A DNA stretch of 64,000 nucleotides from an uncultured Candidatus Saccharibacteria bacterium (GCA_964555185.1 CAZKRD010000003.1:19943-83942), one strand, 5' to 3'. Shown: positions 7,974 through 17,317, counted from the stretch's first letter. A program made the numbers and translations. The notes: a model not told the origin generated them from the letters alone.

Positions 7974-9011
7974 CTACAAATCTTCCTTCATCAACTTAAA
8001 ATTCACCTGGTAGGTGTAAAGAGTAATGTTTTTCAATTCTTTGAGAGCATATTTTAATTTCTTGTCTACTTCCAAAACCACAATTACTCCTTTAACTATT
8101 TTGTCTTTGGCAAGGTTTTCTCGAACCCAAGCAATATAACGCAGTATCTGACCGACAACTGCATCGGAACTTCTGCCCTTTTTTAGCTCGATAACTAAAT
8201 ACTCCTTGCCATCTTTAAATCGAGCTAAAATATCTATTGGACCAACTGGTGTAGCATATTGTTGGCTTACCAAGTCCCCTTCCTCTTCGATCAACTCGTA
8301 TTTCTTACCGAAAGTTGTTTTACTCCAGTTAGCTATTAGAAAATCCTCAAGATGGCTCTCCATGCCAAAATTGACCAAATCTGCAACTCCATGTTCCTCG
8401 GCTTCCTTCTTTATTGCCTCTTCTTCGCTTTGAGAAACACCAAATGGGCTACTTCCGGAAATATTTCCTAAAACACCATCCAGTTGCCACAGGGTTATAT
8501 CGTGCTTATCTGCTAACTCCAACAACACTTGGTTGACCTTCAGATACTTATCAGCAAAGGTATCTCTTGGCAAAAACCTGGGAAATAGATTAAGTTTCTT
8601 TAAAGCCGACTCACTTTTGGTATTCCACACACCGTATTTGGCAGGATAAACGACTAGGAGAATAGGGGTAACAACCGCTCTACCCAATCCCTTGATATTA
8701 TAGCTGCTTCTTTTACTAAACGCCTTCTGTAATCTCTCTTTTATGGGGATATTCTCATCAAGAAGAAGATGCAGAAACTTCTTTAGTGCGTCCATATCAG
8801 AGGTAACTAGATTTCCTTGCCTATGTATTCCCTCCCAGTGAAGGTTGTTTTTTAGGAGTAAAAACGATTTGAAATCTTCTTTTATAAGACCATCGAGGTT
8901 AGCCGGATTAAACAATTGCCCATATTCTCCAACCACCTTTTTCTCTGACGTTACCCACCATGGGTCTTTTGCCCTGTTTTTAACAACTTTCTGAATGATT
9001 TCTTGTTCCAT
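7974..9011 (-). CDS. PD-(D/E)XK nuclease, NucS/DUF91/DUF1016-like C-terminal domain with an N-terminal helical recognition domain
   Basis: ESHLEDFL..NW, GPIDILA, LVIELKKGRSSDAVVGQILRY. Confidence 0.8.
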   Translation of the reverse strand: MEQEIIQKVVKNRAKDPWWVTSEKKVVGEYGQLFNPANLDGLIKEDFKSFLLLKNNLHWEGIHRQGNLVTSDMDALKKFLHLLLDENIPIKERLQKAFSKRSSYNIKGLGRAVVTPILLVVYPAKYGVWNTKSESALKKLNLFPRFLPRDTFADKYLKVNQVLLELADKHDITLWQLDGVLGNISGSSPFGVSQSEEEAIKKEAEEHGVADLVNFGMESHLEDFLIANWSKTTFGKKYELIEEEGDLVSQQYATPVGPIDILARFKDGKEYLVIELKKGRSSDAVVGQILRYIAWVRENLAKDKIVKGVIVVLEVDKKLKYALKELKNITLYTYQVNFKLMKEDL

Positions 9012-9409
9012 AGGTCTATTTTAACAAAATTATAATAATTCTTTACACTGGCAACAAAAATATGATGAATACTAAAGACACAAATCCTCCAAAGCATAAA
9101 CCACGGAAGTATTTAGAAATACTGCGACAACTTGGGAAAAATGGGGTCGGGGTCGACTCTGATTTTTCTTTAGCTTAAACTCAAAAGTTTTACACTTAAA
9201 GTCCGATGTTGCTCCGCATCGTGGATAATGTTAGAACTATTATCCAGCGACAAAATGAGTATATTTACATCCCAGACTTATCTTCACAAGGTCAGATTTA
9301 GTTTATTGATTATTACTCCACCCCACTACTCACTATATATTTTGAATAAAAGGTTCCTGACACCTTTTTTCCCAGGCAAAAATTTCCTCCCCCCAACCCC
9401 CTCCATTTT

Positions 9410-9449
9410 TGCCTGCCTGCTGTTTTGGTAAGGCGAAATTAACAGGCCA
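9410..9449 (+). repeat. 40-bp inverted repeat, left copy
   Basis: TGCCTGCCTGCTGTTTTGGTAAGGCGAAATTAACAGGCCA; reverse complement of 13097..13136 with 1 mismatch. Confidence 0.95.
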
Positions 9450-9451
9450 AA

Positions 9452-10864
9452 TCAATTTTTGAGTATAGTCAGGTCAATATCAATCTGCTTTCCAGCGACC
9501 AAATCGCCAGCAATAGATTCCAGTTTTTGCTTGATTCGTTTGGTTTTCTCGTGAGTCAAAACAACTTCCCGATAAACTTTTGCGATTTGGCCTCTCAGAC
9601 CAGCTGGAAAATTAGGGAATGGTGTATTCAAAAATTGATTTGTCTTGATTTCTTTCATCTTTGACCCTATCGCAAGCCCAGCACAATAAAGTCGCATATA
9701 GTTGCAGTTCATAAAACAAGACATAAATAGTAAATCAGTATCAGGATAACCGGAGACCCTATAAATCCCTTGATTGTGTTGGGCTTTACCATACAGAGCT
9801 ATGTCAAAGAACATTGCGACACCAACATATTCTCCTCGGCCGCCACGCGAAGTTCGATTGACGAGCAACATCGCATTTTTGTTTAGATTGTTCTTTTCGC
9901 AAGTGATACGCTCCTCGTTTCTAAACGCGCCGAAGTCAGTAATATTTGCCGGCGTAACCCAAAAATATTTTAGTTCCTGACTTGTCCCGACCATGCGTTT
10001 TTTAGGCGTGTTCCCACTCTTGATATTTTTTTGATCAATTAGAAAAAATCCTGCTTTGTAATTCCGAACTAAAAAATCAATCTGCTAAAATTCTTTGCTA
10101 TATGTCCTAGTATCTAAACGAATCTCTTTCCCGATTTTGTTGGTAGTTGGATATTCGTACTGAAATTTCTTTGATTTTTGATTTGAGAGTTCCTTTTCAA
10201 TCAACTCATTGATAGTGGCGGATTTGTCTCTGACAAACCTTTCTTGTTTTATGACCGCCGTAACAAGTTTTTCAATATATTTAATTACTTCCTCCTGATT
10301 TTTTTGGTTCGGAAATGGAATTTTACAATCCAAAAAAAGTGTTTTTGCGTGCTTGATCGTGGTGCCTCGTGAGACAAGGAGTAAGAGTTGAATTTTAAAA
10401 AAAACACTTTTCAGCAATCCAAACACATATAGTTTTTGTTTTGTAAGGGGCAACCTGTATATGCCGCCTGAAATCATATGTTGTGGATAATCTTTATCCA
10501 AAATGATAACCTCGCCGACATTCGAATCTTTTGAAATCAAAATATCACCTTTTTTTAATTCATAATTTTTGAAACTCGAGGGTAGAATAGGAACCACACT
10601 TTCGGGCGAGAATGCAGGCAAAAAATAATCCGGCTGTAACCCCTTTGTTCGAATAAACTGAAATGGAGAATTCGATATATAACTCTGCGATCCGACCTCA
10701 ACTCCTTTATCAGTGGATTTGAGCGGACGATCAAGGAGATCGCGCAAATCCACACTATTTCTATTCTCAATTCTTAATCCTTTATATTGAGAAGCGGAAA
10801 GAGAATAGTGCCTGGAAGCTACTTCATTGGAGCGTATTTCAGTTGGTACTTTAATATAGTTCAT
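9452..10864 (-). pseudogene. R-M specificity (S) subunit with one in-frame TAG at 10085-10087
   Basis: TRD motifs LKKGDILISKD..VG and GTTIKH..CKIPFP. The frame continues past TAG (QIDFLVRNYKAGFFLIDQKNIKSGNTPKKR) into ORF 9452..9994, which holds a second TRD (GSKMKEI..TPFPNFP). ATGA overlap with the methylase stop. Confidence 0.85.
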
Positions 10865-13008
10865 TTGTCCAAAAAAACATCTTGTAGAGTTTTCTCTTGA
10901 CCTAAACACCAATCCTTGAATTCCTTGACTGTTTGGGTAAATTCTTCATCAAGCAAGGGTTTACCCTCCTCATCTATTTTAACCTCAAATTTATTACTAT
11001 CAATTTTATAGATCGGAACAAAATGTTTAACACGCTTGATGGTTTTTACTTTGTATCCGACTCGCTGAATATCTTTCACAAAAATGTTGTAGCCATTCTC
11101 ATTGAGTTTCTTCAATTCTTTCTCAGATGGCTTGTAGGCAACGATGACCGTTGTATTGACTCCCGTATCGGCAAATACATTTGCAGGAAGATCGAATAAA
11201 GCAACGACTCTCATTTTTGACATAATCCATTTCCTTGCCTTCTCCCATCTATCAATTGATGCTATCGAATTTGAAAGTATAATACCGACTCGGCCGTTTT
11301 CTTTCAAGATACGGTAAGCATTTTCAAAAAACACAAGGCCGAGATCAATCCAATTTCCATTTCTTCCAACGTGCCAAAGCTCATAGAGTTCAATAATCTC
11401 TTTATCTTTTTGAGTTTTTGGTTCAAATTTCCTATCTTCTCCAAACGGCGGATTAGTTAGGACGATATCAAATTTTTTGAGTTCAGTATAGTCGTCCCAC
11501 GCATCCCAATTTCCGGCCTTGTGTTTTGCTGGAATGAGATTTACTAATTTCCCGTCCTTGTCGAATTTGTGAGTGATGGAACCATAGCCCGGCTGGAATT
11601 CTATCTTGGCGTTTCCGTCTCCGTTCAGAAGCATATTTAACTGTGCTAACATGACCATTTGCACGTCGTTATCAATTCCATAAATGTTTTTATCGTCCAT
11701 TTTTCTGTCGGACTTGACATAAGAAATTGACAAGAAATCTCCGCTGCCAACAGTCGGATCGGCTATCGTGTCCAACGCTTTCGGGTGAACTATATCAACA
11801 AGAAAATCAATCAATGGAATTGGTGTCAAAAATTGTCCCTTCTCGGATTTGGTAAAAGCGTTCGCAAAACGATAGAAAATGAGTTGATATAGATCAGTTG
11901 TACTCGATCTGGTAAAGCTGTAATCCTGCAAGTTATGGACTATTGAACCCACGACGGCAACATGTCCCTCGTTTTTCCAGTCAATAATTGAATTGCTCAA
12001 AATCACTTTATATGTACTTACCGCTTGGGCGCACAAATCCCGCATGCGTTTAATAAATGTTTGTATACTTTGGTCGTTGAGCGTCTTGAAATCGCGTTCA
12101 TTTTGTTCGATATAAAATTTGAGACGATGAATATCCCCGTATTCATCGTCTTGAATATAGTATTTCAACAACTCGTTCTTTTTTTCGTCGAAAATTTTGA
12201 GCGCGATAAGTTGAACCAAAATTTCATATCCGCGCTGGTTCAACATGCTTACCTTGTCGAGCGTTCGCAAAATATCGGAAATCGCCTGATTGATTTGAGT
12301 ACTAAAGACTCCGGTGATAACATCAAGATCATTTACGGTTCGTGCAGACCTGTCAATTTCTATATCAATAATGCGCTTTTTGATTTGATCAAAGGACGGA
12401 ATTTTTCGGAATTCATCGGGTAGGTGGAGAGACAATTCTCTTGTTGAACTGTTTTCTCCTTTTAGGTTGTACGATTCATCAAGGCGAATAAACTTGCCAT
12501 GCTTTTTTTGGAATAAAAATAGCCGTTCGGTGTCATAGAGAACGCCAAGACAAAAGTCGCTCTCCGATTCTTTAATGGCTGGTTTAAGTTGTTGATTATA
12601 GACCGTTTCAATATCCTTGCCATCTTCTTTCTTGAATTCAATGACGGCAATGAGATGACTTCTCAACCAATCAAGGTCGGATTGATTCTTTTTTGTAATC
12701 CAATTTTTATATCTATCAAACCAATTCTTATCGTCGAAAATCGCGCCGTCAAATTTGATGGGTGCAGAATTCTTGTTGCCTTTCGGAAAATAAACCTCCG
12801 AGCCGATAAAATCTTTTTGATAAAGTCCTGAATATACCAATCCGTAGAAAAATTGCCATTTGTAATATTCTTCGTTGGGCGTATTTCTTGACCCCTTGAT
12901 TTTGACCTTCTTATTCAACTTAAGATTGACAGGAAGGAAGGCCATGAAGTCTTTTTTTGTCAAATAGAACTTATCAAATTTTTGTTTTGTTTCAAAAAAT
13001 GTCTTCAT
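10861..13008 (-). CDS. N6-adenine DNA methyltransferase with N-terminal nuclease-like domain (Type IIB/IIG-like R-M subunit)
   Basis: GQFLTP, DPTVGSGDFL (SAM motif I), NPPF (motif IV); N-terminal FDGAIFD...VIEFKK PD-(D/E)XK-like motif. Confidence 0.85.
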   Translation of the reverse strand: MKTFFETKQKFDKFYLTKKDFMAFLPVNLKLNKKVKIKGSRNTPNEEYYKWQFFYGLVYSGLYQKDFIGSEVYFPKGNKNSAPIKFDGAIFDDKNWFDRYKNWITKKNQSDLDWLRSHLIAVIEFKKEDGKDIETVYNQQLKPAIKESESDFCLGVLYDTERLFLFQKKHGKFIRLDESYNLKGENSSTRELSLHLPDEFRKIPSFDQIKKRIIDIEIDRSARTVNDLDVITGVFSTQINQAISDILRTLDKVSMLNQRGYEILVQLIALKIFDEKKNELLKYYIQDDEYGDIHRLKFYIEQNERDFKTLNDQSIQTFIKRMRDLCAQAVSTYKVILSNSIIDWKNEGHVAVVGSIVHNLQDYSFTRSSTTDLYQLIFYRFANAFTKSEKGQFLTPIPLIDFLVDIVHPKALDTIADPTVGSGDFLSISYVKSDRKMDDKNIYGIDNDVQMVMLAQLNMLLNGDGNAKIEFQPGYGSITHKFDKDGKLVNLIPAKHKAGNWDAWDDYTELKKFDIVLTNPPFGEDRKFEPKTQKDKEIIELYELWHVGRNGNWIDLGLVFFENAYRILKENGRVGIILSNSIASIDRWEKARKWIMSKMRVVALFDLPANVFADTGVNTTVIVAYKPSEKELKKLNENGYNIFVKDIQRVGYKVKTIKRVKHFVPIYKIDSNKFEVKIDEEGKPLLDEEFTQTVKEFKDWCLGQEKTLQDVFLDK

Positions 13009-13096
13009 GAAATTTTTATTCCATCAGATTGCTTGATTATACATCATGGTTTCCTTACGTATTTAGTATAGCAAGAATATTAAAAAAAGAACAGAG

Positions 13097-13136
13097 TGGC
13101 CTGTTAATTTCGCCTTGCCAAAACAGCAGGCAGGCA
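13097..13136 (-). repeat. 40-bp inverted repeat, right copy
   Basis: TGGCCTGTTAATTTCGCCTTGCCAAAACAGCAGGCAGGCA. Confidence 0.95.
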
Positions 13137-13366
13137 GGTTGAGATGGCTCTTCTTTCTTTGGCTCTTGACTTAACGATTCAACTTCTTGGGTTTGTTCAG
13201 TGGCTGATTGTTCCTGTACATCTTCTTGTGGTTGTTCTGCTTCGGTTGCTCCTGTTTTCGTCTCCTCTATATTGGTTTCTTCTTCTCTGGGGATTTGAGT
13301 GGTTCCTGTACAACCAGATAAAATAAACAGGCTAACTGAAATAATAAATAATATTATTTTTTTCAT
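13135..13366 (-). pseudogene. 3'-truncated duplicate (5' fragment) of the Excalibur lipoprotein 3434..4027
   Basis: First 77 codons are near-identical (about 17 differences in 232 bp by manual count); the gene then runs into the inverted repeat (ORF continues to 13055). Confidence 0.9.
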
Positions 13367-13375
13367 CTTTTTGAA

Positions 13376-14221
13376 TTATTTGTTCAGGCATTCTAAATAC
13401 TGCTTGTCAGACAGGGCTTTCGCTTCCTGCTCAGTCTTAACGACCGTTTCTTCCGCCTTGTCCTTGATCGCTTGTAGCAATTCTTCACTGGAGTAAACTG
13501 CGACCATACAAGTATCGTACTCTGATTGTCTAATATCTCGAAGTTGAGAAGGACTAAAAGGAAATCCTTGTAATCTTTCTGGTAATGGTTCGTATGATTT
13601 CTTAGCGCAGTCGCCTTTCGCATCTAATATTTCAAGTTCTTTAGGTTTCAATGTCTTTTCGGCCTCCTCTTGTATGTAATTCATATTGACCTTGAATTTG
13701 TCAAAACTTAACTGGGTTTCAGCCTTACATTTTTCTATCTTTAATTGAGTTTCCTCTTCCTTTCTTTGCTCTTCGGTTAGCCTTTGGGCTTCTTCCGTCG
13801 CTTTTTTCTCTGCTTCTACTTGTCTTTTTGCTTCCTTCTCGGCCTCAGCCTGTTGAGCCGCCAAGACTTGTTGTTGATGTTTTCTTTCTTCTTCTTGTTC
13901 CTTTGCTCTTCTCGCTATTTTTGCTTGGGCTTCTGCCTCTGCTTCTTCCGCTTCCTTTTCTACTCTTACTCTTTCCTCTGTTTGCCTCTGGAGTTCCGCT
14001 TCTTGCCTCTCTTTTTCCAGCTTAGTGATCTCTCGATCAATCAACTGCTTTCCTATTTGCTGTTCAGTTCTGATTTGCTCCTGCTCTGATGATCTTTGCG
14101 TTTTAACATAAGAAGCCAAGACCGAAAAGTTAATAATCAAAAAAAGCGCAACCCCAGCGCAAATATAAGAGAGAATCCTCCAAGGAAATATTTTTTTAAC
14201 GAAATTCCAGATTCGTTTCAT
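13376..14221 (-). CDS. Membrane-anchored coiled-coil protein with Cys-bounded C-terminal helical region
   Basis: N-terminal KKIFPWR + TM helix, E/Q/K/A coiled coil, KIEKC...GDC...DTC...YLECLNK. Confidence 0.8.
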   Translation of the reverse strand: MKRIWNFVKKIFPWRILSYICAGVALFLIINFSVLASYVKTQRSSEQEQIRTEQQIGKQLIDREITKLEKERQEAELQRQTEERVRVEKEAEEAEAEAQAKIARRAKEQEEERKHQQQVLAAQQAEAEKEAKRQVEAEKKATEEAQRLTEEQRKEEETQLKIEKCKAETQLSFDKFKVNMNYIQEEAEKTLKPKELEILDAKGDCAKKSYEPLPERLQGFPFSPSQLRDIRQSEYDTCMVAVYSSEELLQAIKDKAEETVVKTEQEAKALSDKQYLECLNK

Positions 14222-14241
14222 CTTTTTAAATATTTTTATAT

Positions 14242-14293
14242 AAAAACGTGGAAAAACGTGGAAAAACGTGGAAAACCATGGAAAATGGTGGAA
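14242..14293. repeat. 10-bp tandem repeat, 3 near-perfect plus 2 degenerate copies
   Basis: AAAAACGTGG x2, AAAAACGTGG, AAAACCATGG, AAAATGGTGG. Confidence 0.85.
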
Positions 14294-14755
14294 TTGCAGC
14301 TCCCAAAGGTTGGGATTTAGAGTGAGGGTTGTAGTAAATCGAGATTGAGGTCGAGTAGGTCAGGTGCTTTATGTTGTCCGATTCAATGCTATGTCAAAAA
14401 CCGTTATAGAAGAGGTTATAAAAAATGCGATAGTTAGCATGACAAGAATGGATATATTTTTTCGTTCCTTTATTCTATTTTTATAATTTGTCCTGCCCTG
14501 CCACTCACTATATAATTATAAAACCTGCTTTCATTATAGCAGGTCGCTTTGATTGAAGGAATCAAAGGAGTTCGAATTTGATTCGGGGTAATAAAAAATA
14601 ATCGCGTCGATAAGCGATTTTTTTGTTGGCTCCCTGTATTGGACGCATTTAGAACTATAGATTGGTACAAGATTAAACAAGAATTTAAGCTTATTCAATT
14701 TATACTCAAACGCAATAATGTTTATATAATGCTTTGAAAAAAATCCCATTTGATT

Positions 14756-14784
14756 TTGACATTTTCCACATTTTATAATAAAAT
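14756..14784 (+). promoter_or_regulatory. sigma70-like promoter
   Basis: TTGACA-17-TAAAAT, 13 nt before ATG 14798. Confidence 0.65.
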
Positions 14785-14797
14785 TAAAGTAAGAATT

Positions 14798-15338
14798 ATG
14801 TCAGACGCAAATTTATTAAACCTTATTATTGGAATCATTGGTGGCGTTCTGGGTGTTATAGCAACGCTTTTGGTTTTTTTTATAAAAATTGGCAGAGCTA
14901 TTGAAAAAATAGACAAGCTTGAAGAATGGAAAAAAATGTGAAACAAAAATCAATGCAATAGAGAAAGAATTAGCCACCTTAAAAGAATTCAAGGCAAATG
15001 CTCAAAAATTCATAGACAAAAGTATCTATGAATCCAGAAGTCCAATAGAGCTTACTGAATTTGGAAAACGATTATTAAAAGAGAGTGACTTTTACAGCAT
15101 ATTTGAAAAACATAAAAATAATCTCGTAAACAAATTAACCCGATTCTCTCCTGCGACAAAATATGATGTCCAAGAAAAATCTAGAGAGCTTATGAACAGC
15201 TTAAATGATTGTGAAGCTTTCAAACCTTTGAAAACTTATGCCTTCAACAATGGAAAGGATTTCGGACAAATATTAAGAGCGGGGGCTATTCCTCTACGAG
15301 ATTATTATTTAAAGAAACATCCTGAAATAACACAATAA
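14798..15338 (+). pseudogene. Membrane-anchored hypothetical protein split by a frameshift in an A7 run (14930-14936)
   Basis: TGG-AAAAAAA-TGT; removing one A joins ...EEWKK to CETKINAIEKE... Confidence 0.7.
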
Positions 15339-15368
15339 TTTTAATTTTTTAGAGGCTTCGGCTTAACT

Positions 15369-15397
15369 AAATACACCTTTTTTTCAGGGTGTATTTT
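15369..15397 (+). terminator. Terminator-like hairpin
   Basis: AAATACACC...GGTGTATTT followed by T. Confidence 0.4.
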
Positions 15398-15445
15398 ACT
15401 AGCATTGCCTTTTAGGTAATCTGGATAGGGGGAAATAAAAAAGTA

Positions 15446-16027
15446 ATGAAAAATGTAAAAAACAACAAGGAAGATGCAAAAATTATAATTGATTATGCAA
15501 AAATAGAATGTGATAATCTAAAAATTCTTTTGCCTATGTTAGATGATATGCTAATAGACAAAACATCTGATAAAAAGATGCCTGAAGGTTTAGATGACTG
15601 GAATTGGAAAATTGCTGAATTTATTGAGTTTAGAACCTCTTATATCGCTGTAGATATTAGTGCAGATGCTGACTTTGAAGCTGGAGAATGGGGTATGCCA
15701 GTAGCAGGTGGTGGAATGGCAACACCTATTGGCGTAGAGGTAAATGACAAAGATAATCTTATGGTTTTAAGACAGGAAATTGATGCTATTTTAAACCATA
15801 CTATAGATAAGATACCAGAATTTATTTCAATGAAAGATAGACCAAAATGGAAATGCAAAAAATGTGGCAGATTCTTAGGAAAAGAGCTTTCATCATTAGA
15901 TGAAATAAAAAAGTTATTAAGAAATTTTAACATCAAAAAATATTGGAAATGCCGTTCTTGCAAAACACCTAATTATTTTGAGTTCAATGGTAATGAAATT
16001 ATTTTTAAATCTGACTTGACTAATTAG
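15446..16027 (+). CDS. Hypothetical protein with C-terminal zinc ribbon
   Basis: WKCKKCG...WKCRSCK. Confidence 0.7.
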   Translation: MKNVKNNKEDAKIIIDYAKIECDNLKILLPMLDDMLIDKTSDKKMPEGLDDWNWKIAEFIEFRTSYIAVDISADADFEAGEWGMPVAGGGMATPIGVEVNDKDNLMVLRQEIDAILNHTIDKIPEFISMKDRPKWKCKKCGRFLGKELSSLDEIKKLLRNFNIKKYWKCRSCKTPNYFEFNGNEIIFKSDLTN

Positions 16028-16043
16028 TGATTATTGCTATAAT
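16016..16043 (+). promoter_or_regulatory. sigma70-like promoter (extended -10)
   Basis: TTGACT-16-TATAAT with TGn. Confidence 0.6.
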
Positions 16044-16147
16044 GTACTTAATAAGGTTCGTTGAATTATAAATAATCTTGTTTTGTGGGATGCACATACA
16101 AGAGAATTGTTTCTAATTTATAGGTAATCCACATAGGTGGACTATAG

Positions 16148-16266
16148 AAGCCAGAACAATGAATAACAGTTTGTTTTGCAAGCTGGTATTTGTTGTTTTG
16201 GCTTTTTCTTTTTTAAAAAACTTTCAACAAACAAACCGGCAGTACACAAACTGCTGGTTTTTTGTT
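16148..16266 (+). terminator. Two tandem terminator-like hairpins in the leader of the SpoVG module
   Basis: 26-bp imperfect stem AAGCCAGAAC...GTTTTGGCTT plus T-tract; AAACCGGCAGT/ACTGCTGGTTT plus T-tract. Confidence 0.6.
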
Positions 16267-16287
16267 TAAAGATGTCTGAAGTAAGTA

Positions 16288-16464
16288 ATGAGAAAAATAA
16301 TAAAAAAAATAGATAACTCAAAAAAAGAATCTGATTTTGAGGCAAGGAAAAACTTGTCCGGTTTTTTCAGTTTGCTTCTGGAAATAGACCAAAGAGTAAG
16401 CCCGCGTTTATATAAAAAGACTAAAAACAATGAAAATAACAGAGATTCAAATAATTCCAATTAA
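16288..16464 (+). CDS. Small hypothetical protein (58 aa, not in ORF track)
   Basis: MRKII...EARKNLSGFFSLLLEIDQRVSP..., overlapping the SpoVG start. Confidence 0.5.
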   Translation: MRKIIKKIDNSKKESDFEARKNLSGFFSLLLEIDQRVSPRLYKKTKNNENNRDSNNSN

Positions 16465-16690
16465 GCCTCAAAACGGTCTTGTGGCCTTTGCCAGCGTAGT
16501 ATTCGATAATTGTCTCTATCTAGGCTCAATAGGCGTTTATTCCCGCCTAGACGGCACAGGATACCGCCTTACCTATCCCATGAAGAAAATAGGCGACAAG
16601 AATATCAATATCTACCACCCCATCAACAGAGAAGCCAGCGAGGCCATTGAAAAAGCAATAATCGCAAAGGCAAGGGAGATATTAAACTAA
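16430..16690 (+). CDS. spoVG: SpoVG family nucleic-acid-binding protein
   Basis: MKITEIQI...LVAFASVVFDN...YPMKK...IYHPINRE. Confidence 0.8.
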   Translation: MKITEIQIIPIKPQNGLVAFASVVFDNCLYLGSIGVYSRLDGTGYRLTYPMKKIGDKNINIYHPINREASEAIEKAIIAKAREILN

Positions 16691-16708
16691 ACAACCACTA
16701 AAGAAGTA

Positions 16709-16888
16709 ATGAAAATATTAGACACTATTATTTTAACAATGCCTATTAGTTATTATGATATTACCGACCACTCACACTTCATTCCTTCAGTTGAAGGAAT
16801 GTTGGAAAGCCGACGGGCTTATTGCAAATACCAAAAGCTTTTTAGAAAACGATTTGACTTAGATAAAAATAAGTATGAACAAATGTGA
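16709..16888 (+). pseudogene. Short ORF, possibly the truncated N-terminus of a replication protein
   Basis: MKILDTIILTMP..YDITDHSHFIPS; resemblance to Rep N-termini is from recall only. Confidence 0.35.
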
Positions 16889-17087
16889 AAAACTTTACCA
16901 AAAAGGACTGAAACAAATCAAAGAAGGGACAAGACTTTCTCCCTTAAGGGCTATTCGCTTGAAATGTCTTGATTGTTCTGGTTGGTCAGAAGCAGAGGTA
17001 AGAAAATGCGTTATTCTTGACTGTGCTCTGTATAAGTTTAGATTTGGTAGAAACATGACAGGGAAAAATCCATCAAAACGTAGATAA
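16875..17087 (+). CDS. Small phage-type Zn-binding protein
   Basis: SPLRAIRLKCLDCSG...EVRKC...CALYKFRFG. Confidence 0.65.
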   Translation: MNKCEKLYQKGLKQIKEGTRLSPLRAIRLKCLDCSGWSEAEVRKCVILDCALYKFRFGRNMTGKNPSKRR

Positions 17088-17317
17088 AACTATAGACCGA
17101 TAGTCTCCCCTAGATACCCCTCAAACTTACCTCCAAGGGTCTCATCAGAAGGATTAAAGAATTTATATAGCTTTTACAAGGATTTACTAGTAATCTTTTT
17201 ATTTATAAAAATAATTGTGATGAGAGGAGGGGGTGGATCGTTCCATGTCATATCCTGAATACAAAGCAATTCATGACTCTTCCATTAAAAAAGCAAAATT
17301 ATTTTTGAGAATAGAAA

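Noticed and set aside
9062-9178. Short ORF MMNTKDTNPPKHKPRKYLEIL as a transposase N-terminal relic
   Set aside because: Only a vague recalled resemblance over ~20 aa; cannot be supported without a search.
704-10087. Alternative genetic code (TGA or TAG recoding) explaining the in-frame stops
   Set aside because: Long core genes are intact under code 11 and use TGA, TAG and TAA as true stops; the interruptions are isolated and of different types.
3796-13366. Lipoprotein duplicate pair as a DGR template/variable repeat
   Set aside because: Differences are not adenine-specific (C/T, G/C, G/T and both A/G directions), and there is no reverse transcriptase in the window.
14370-14749. Minus-strand ORF fragments as a gene
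   Set aside because: Several stops and no recognisable motif; at best a heavily decayed pseudogene.
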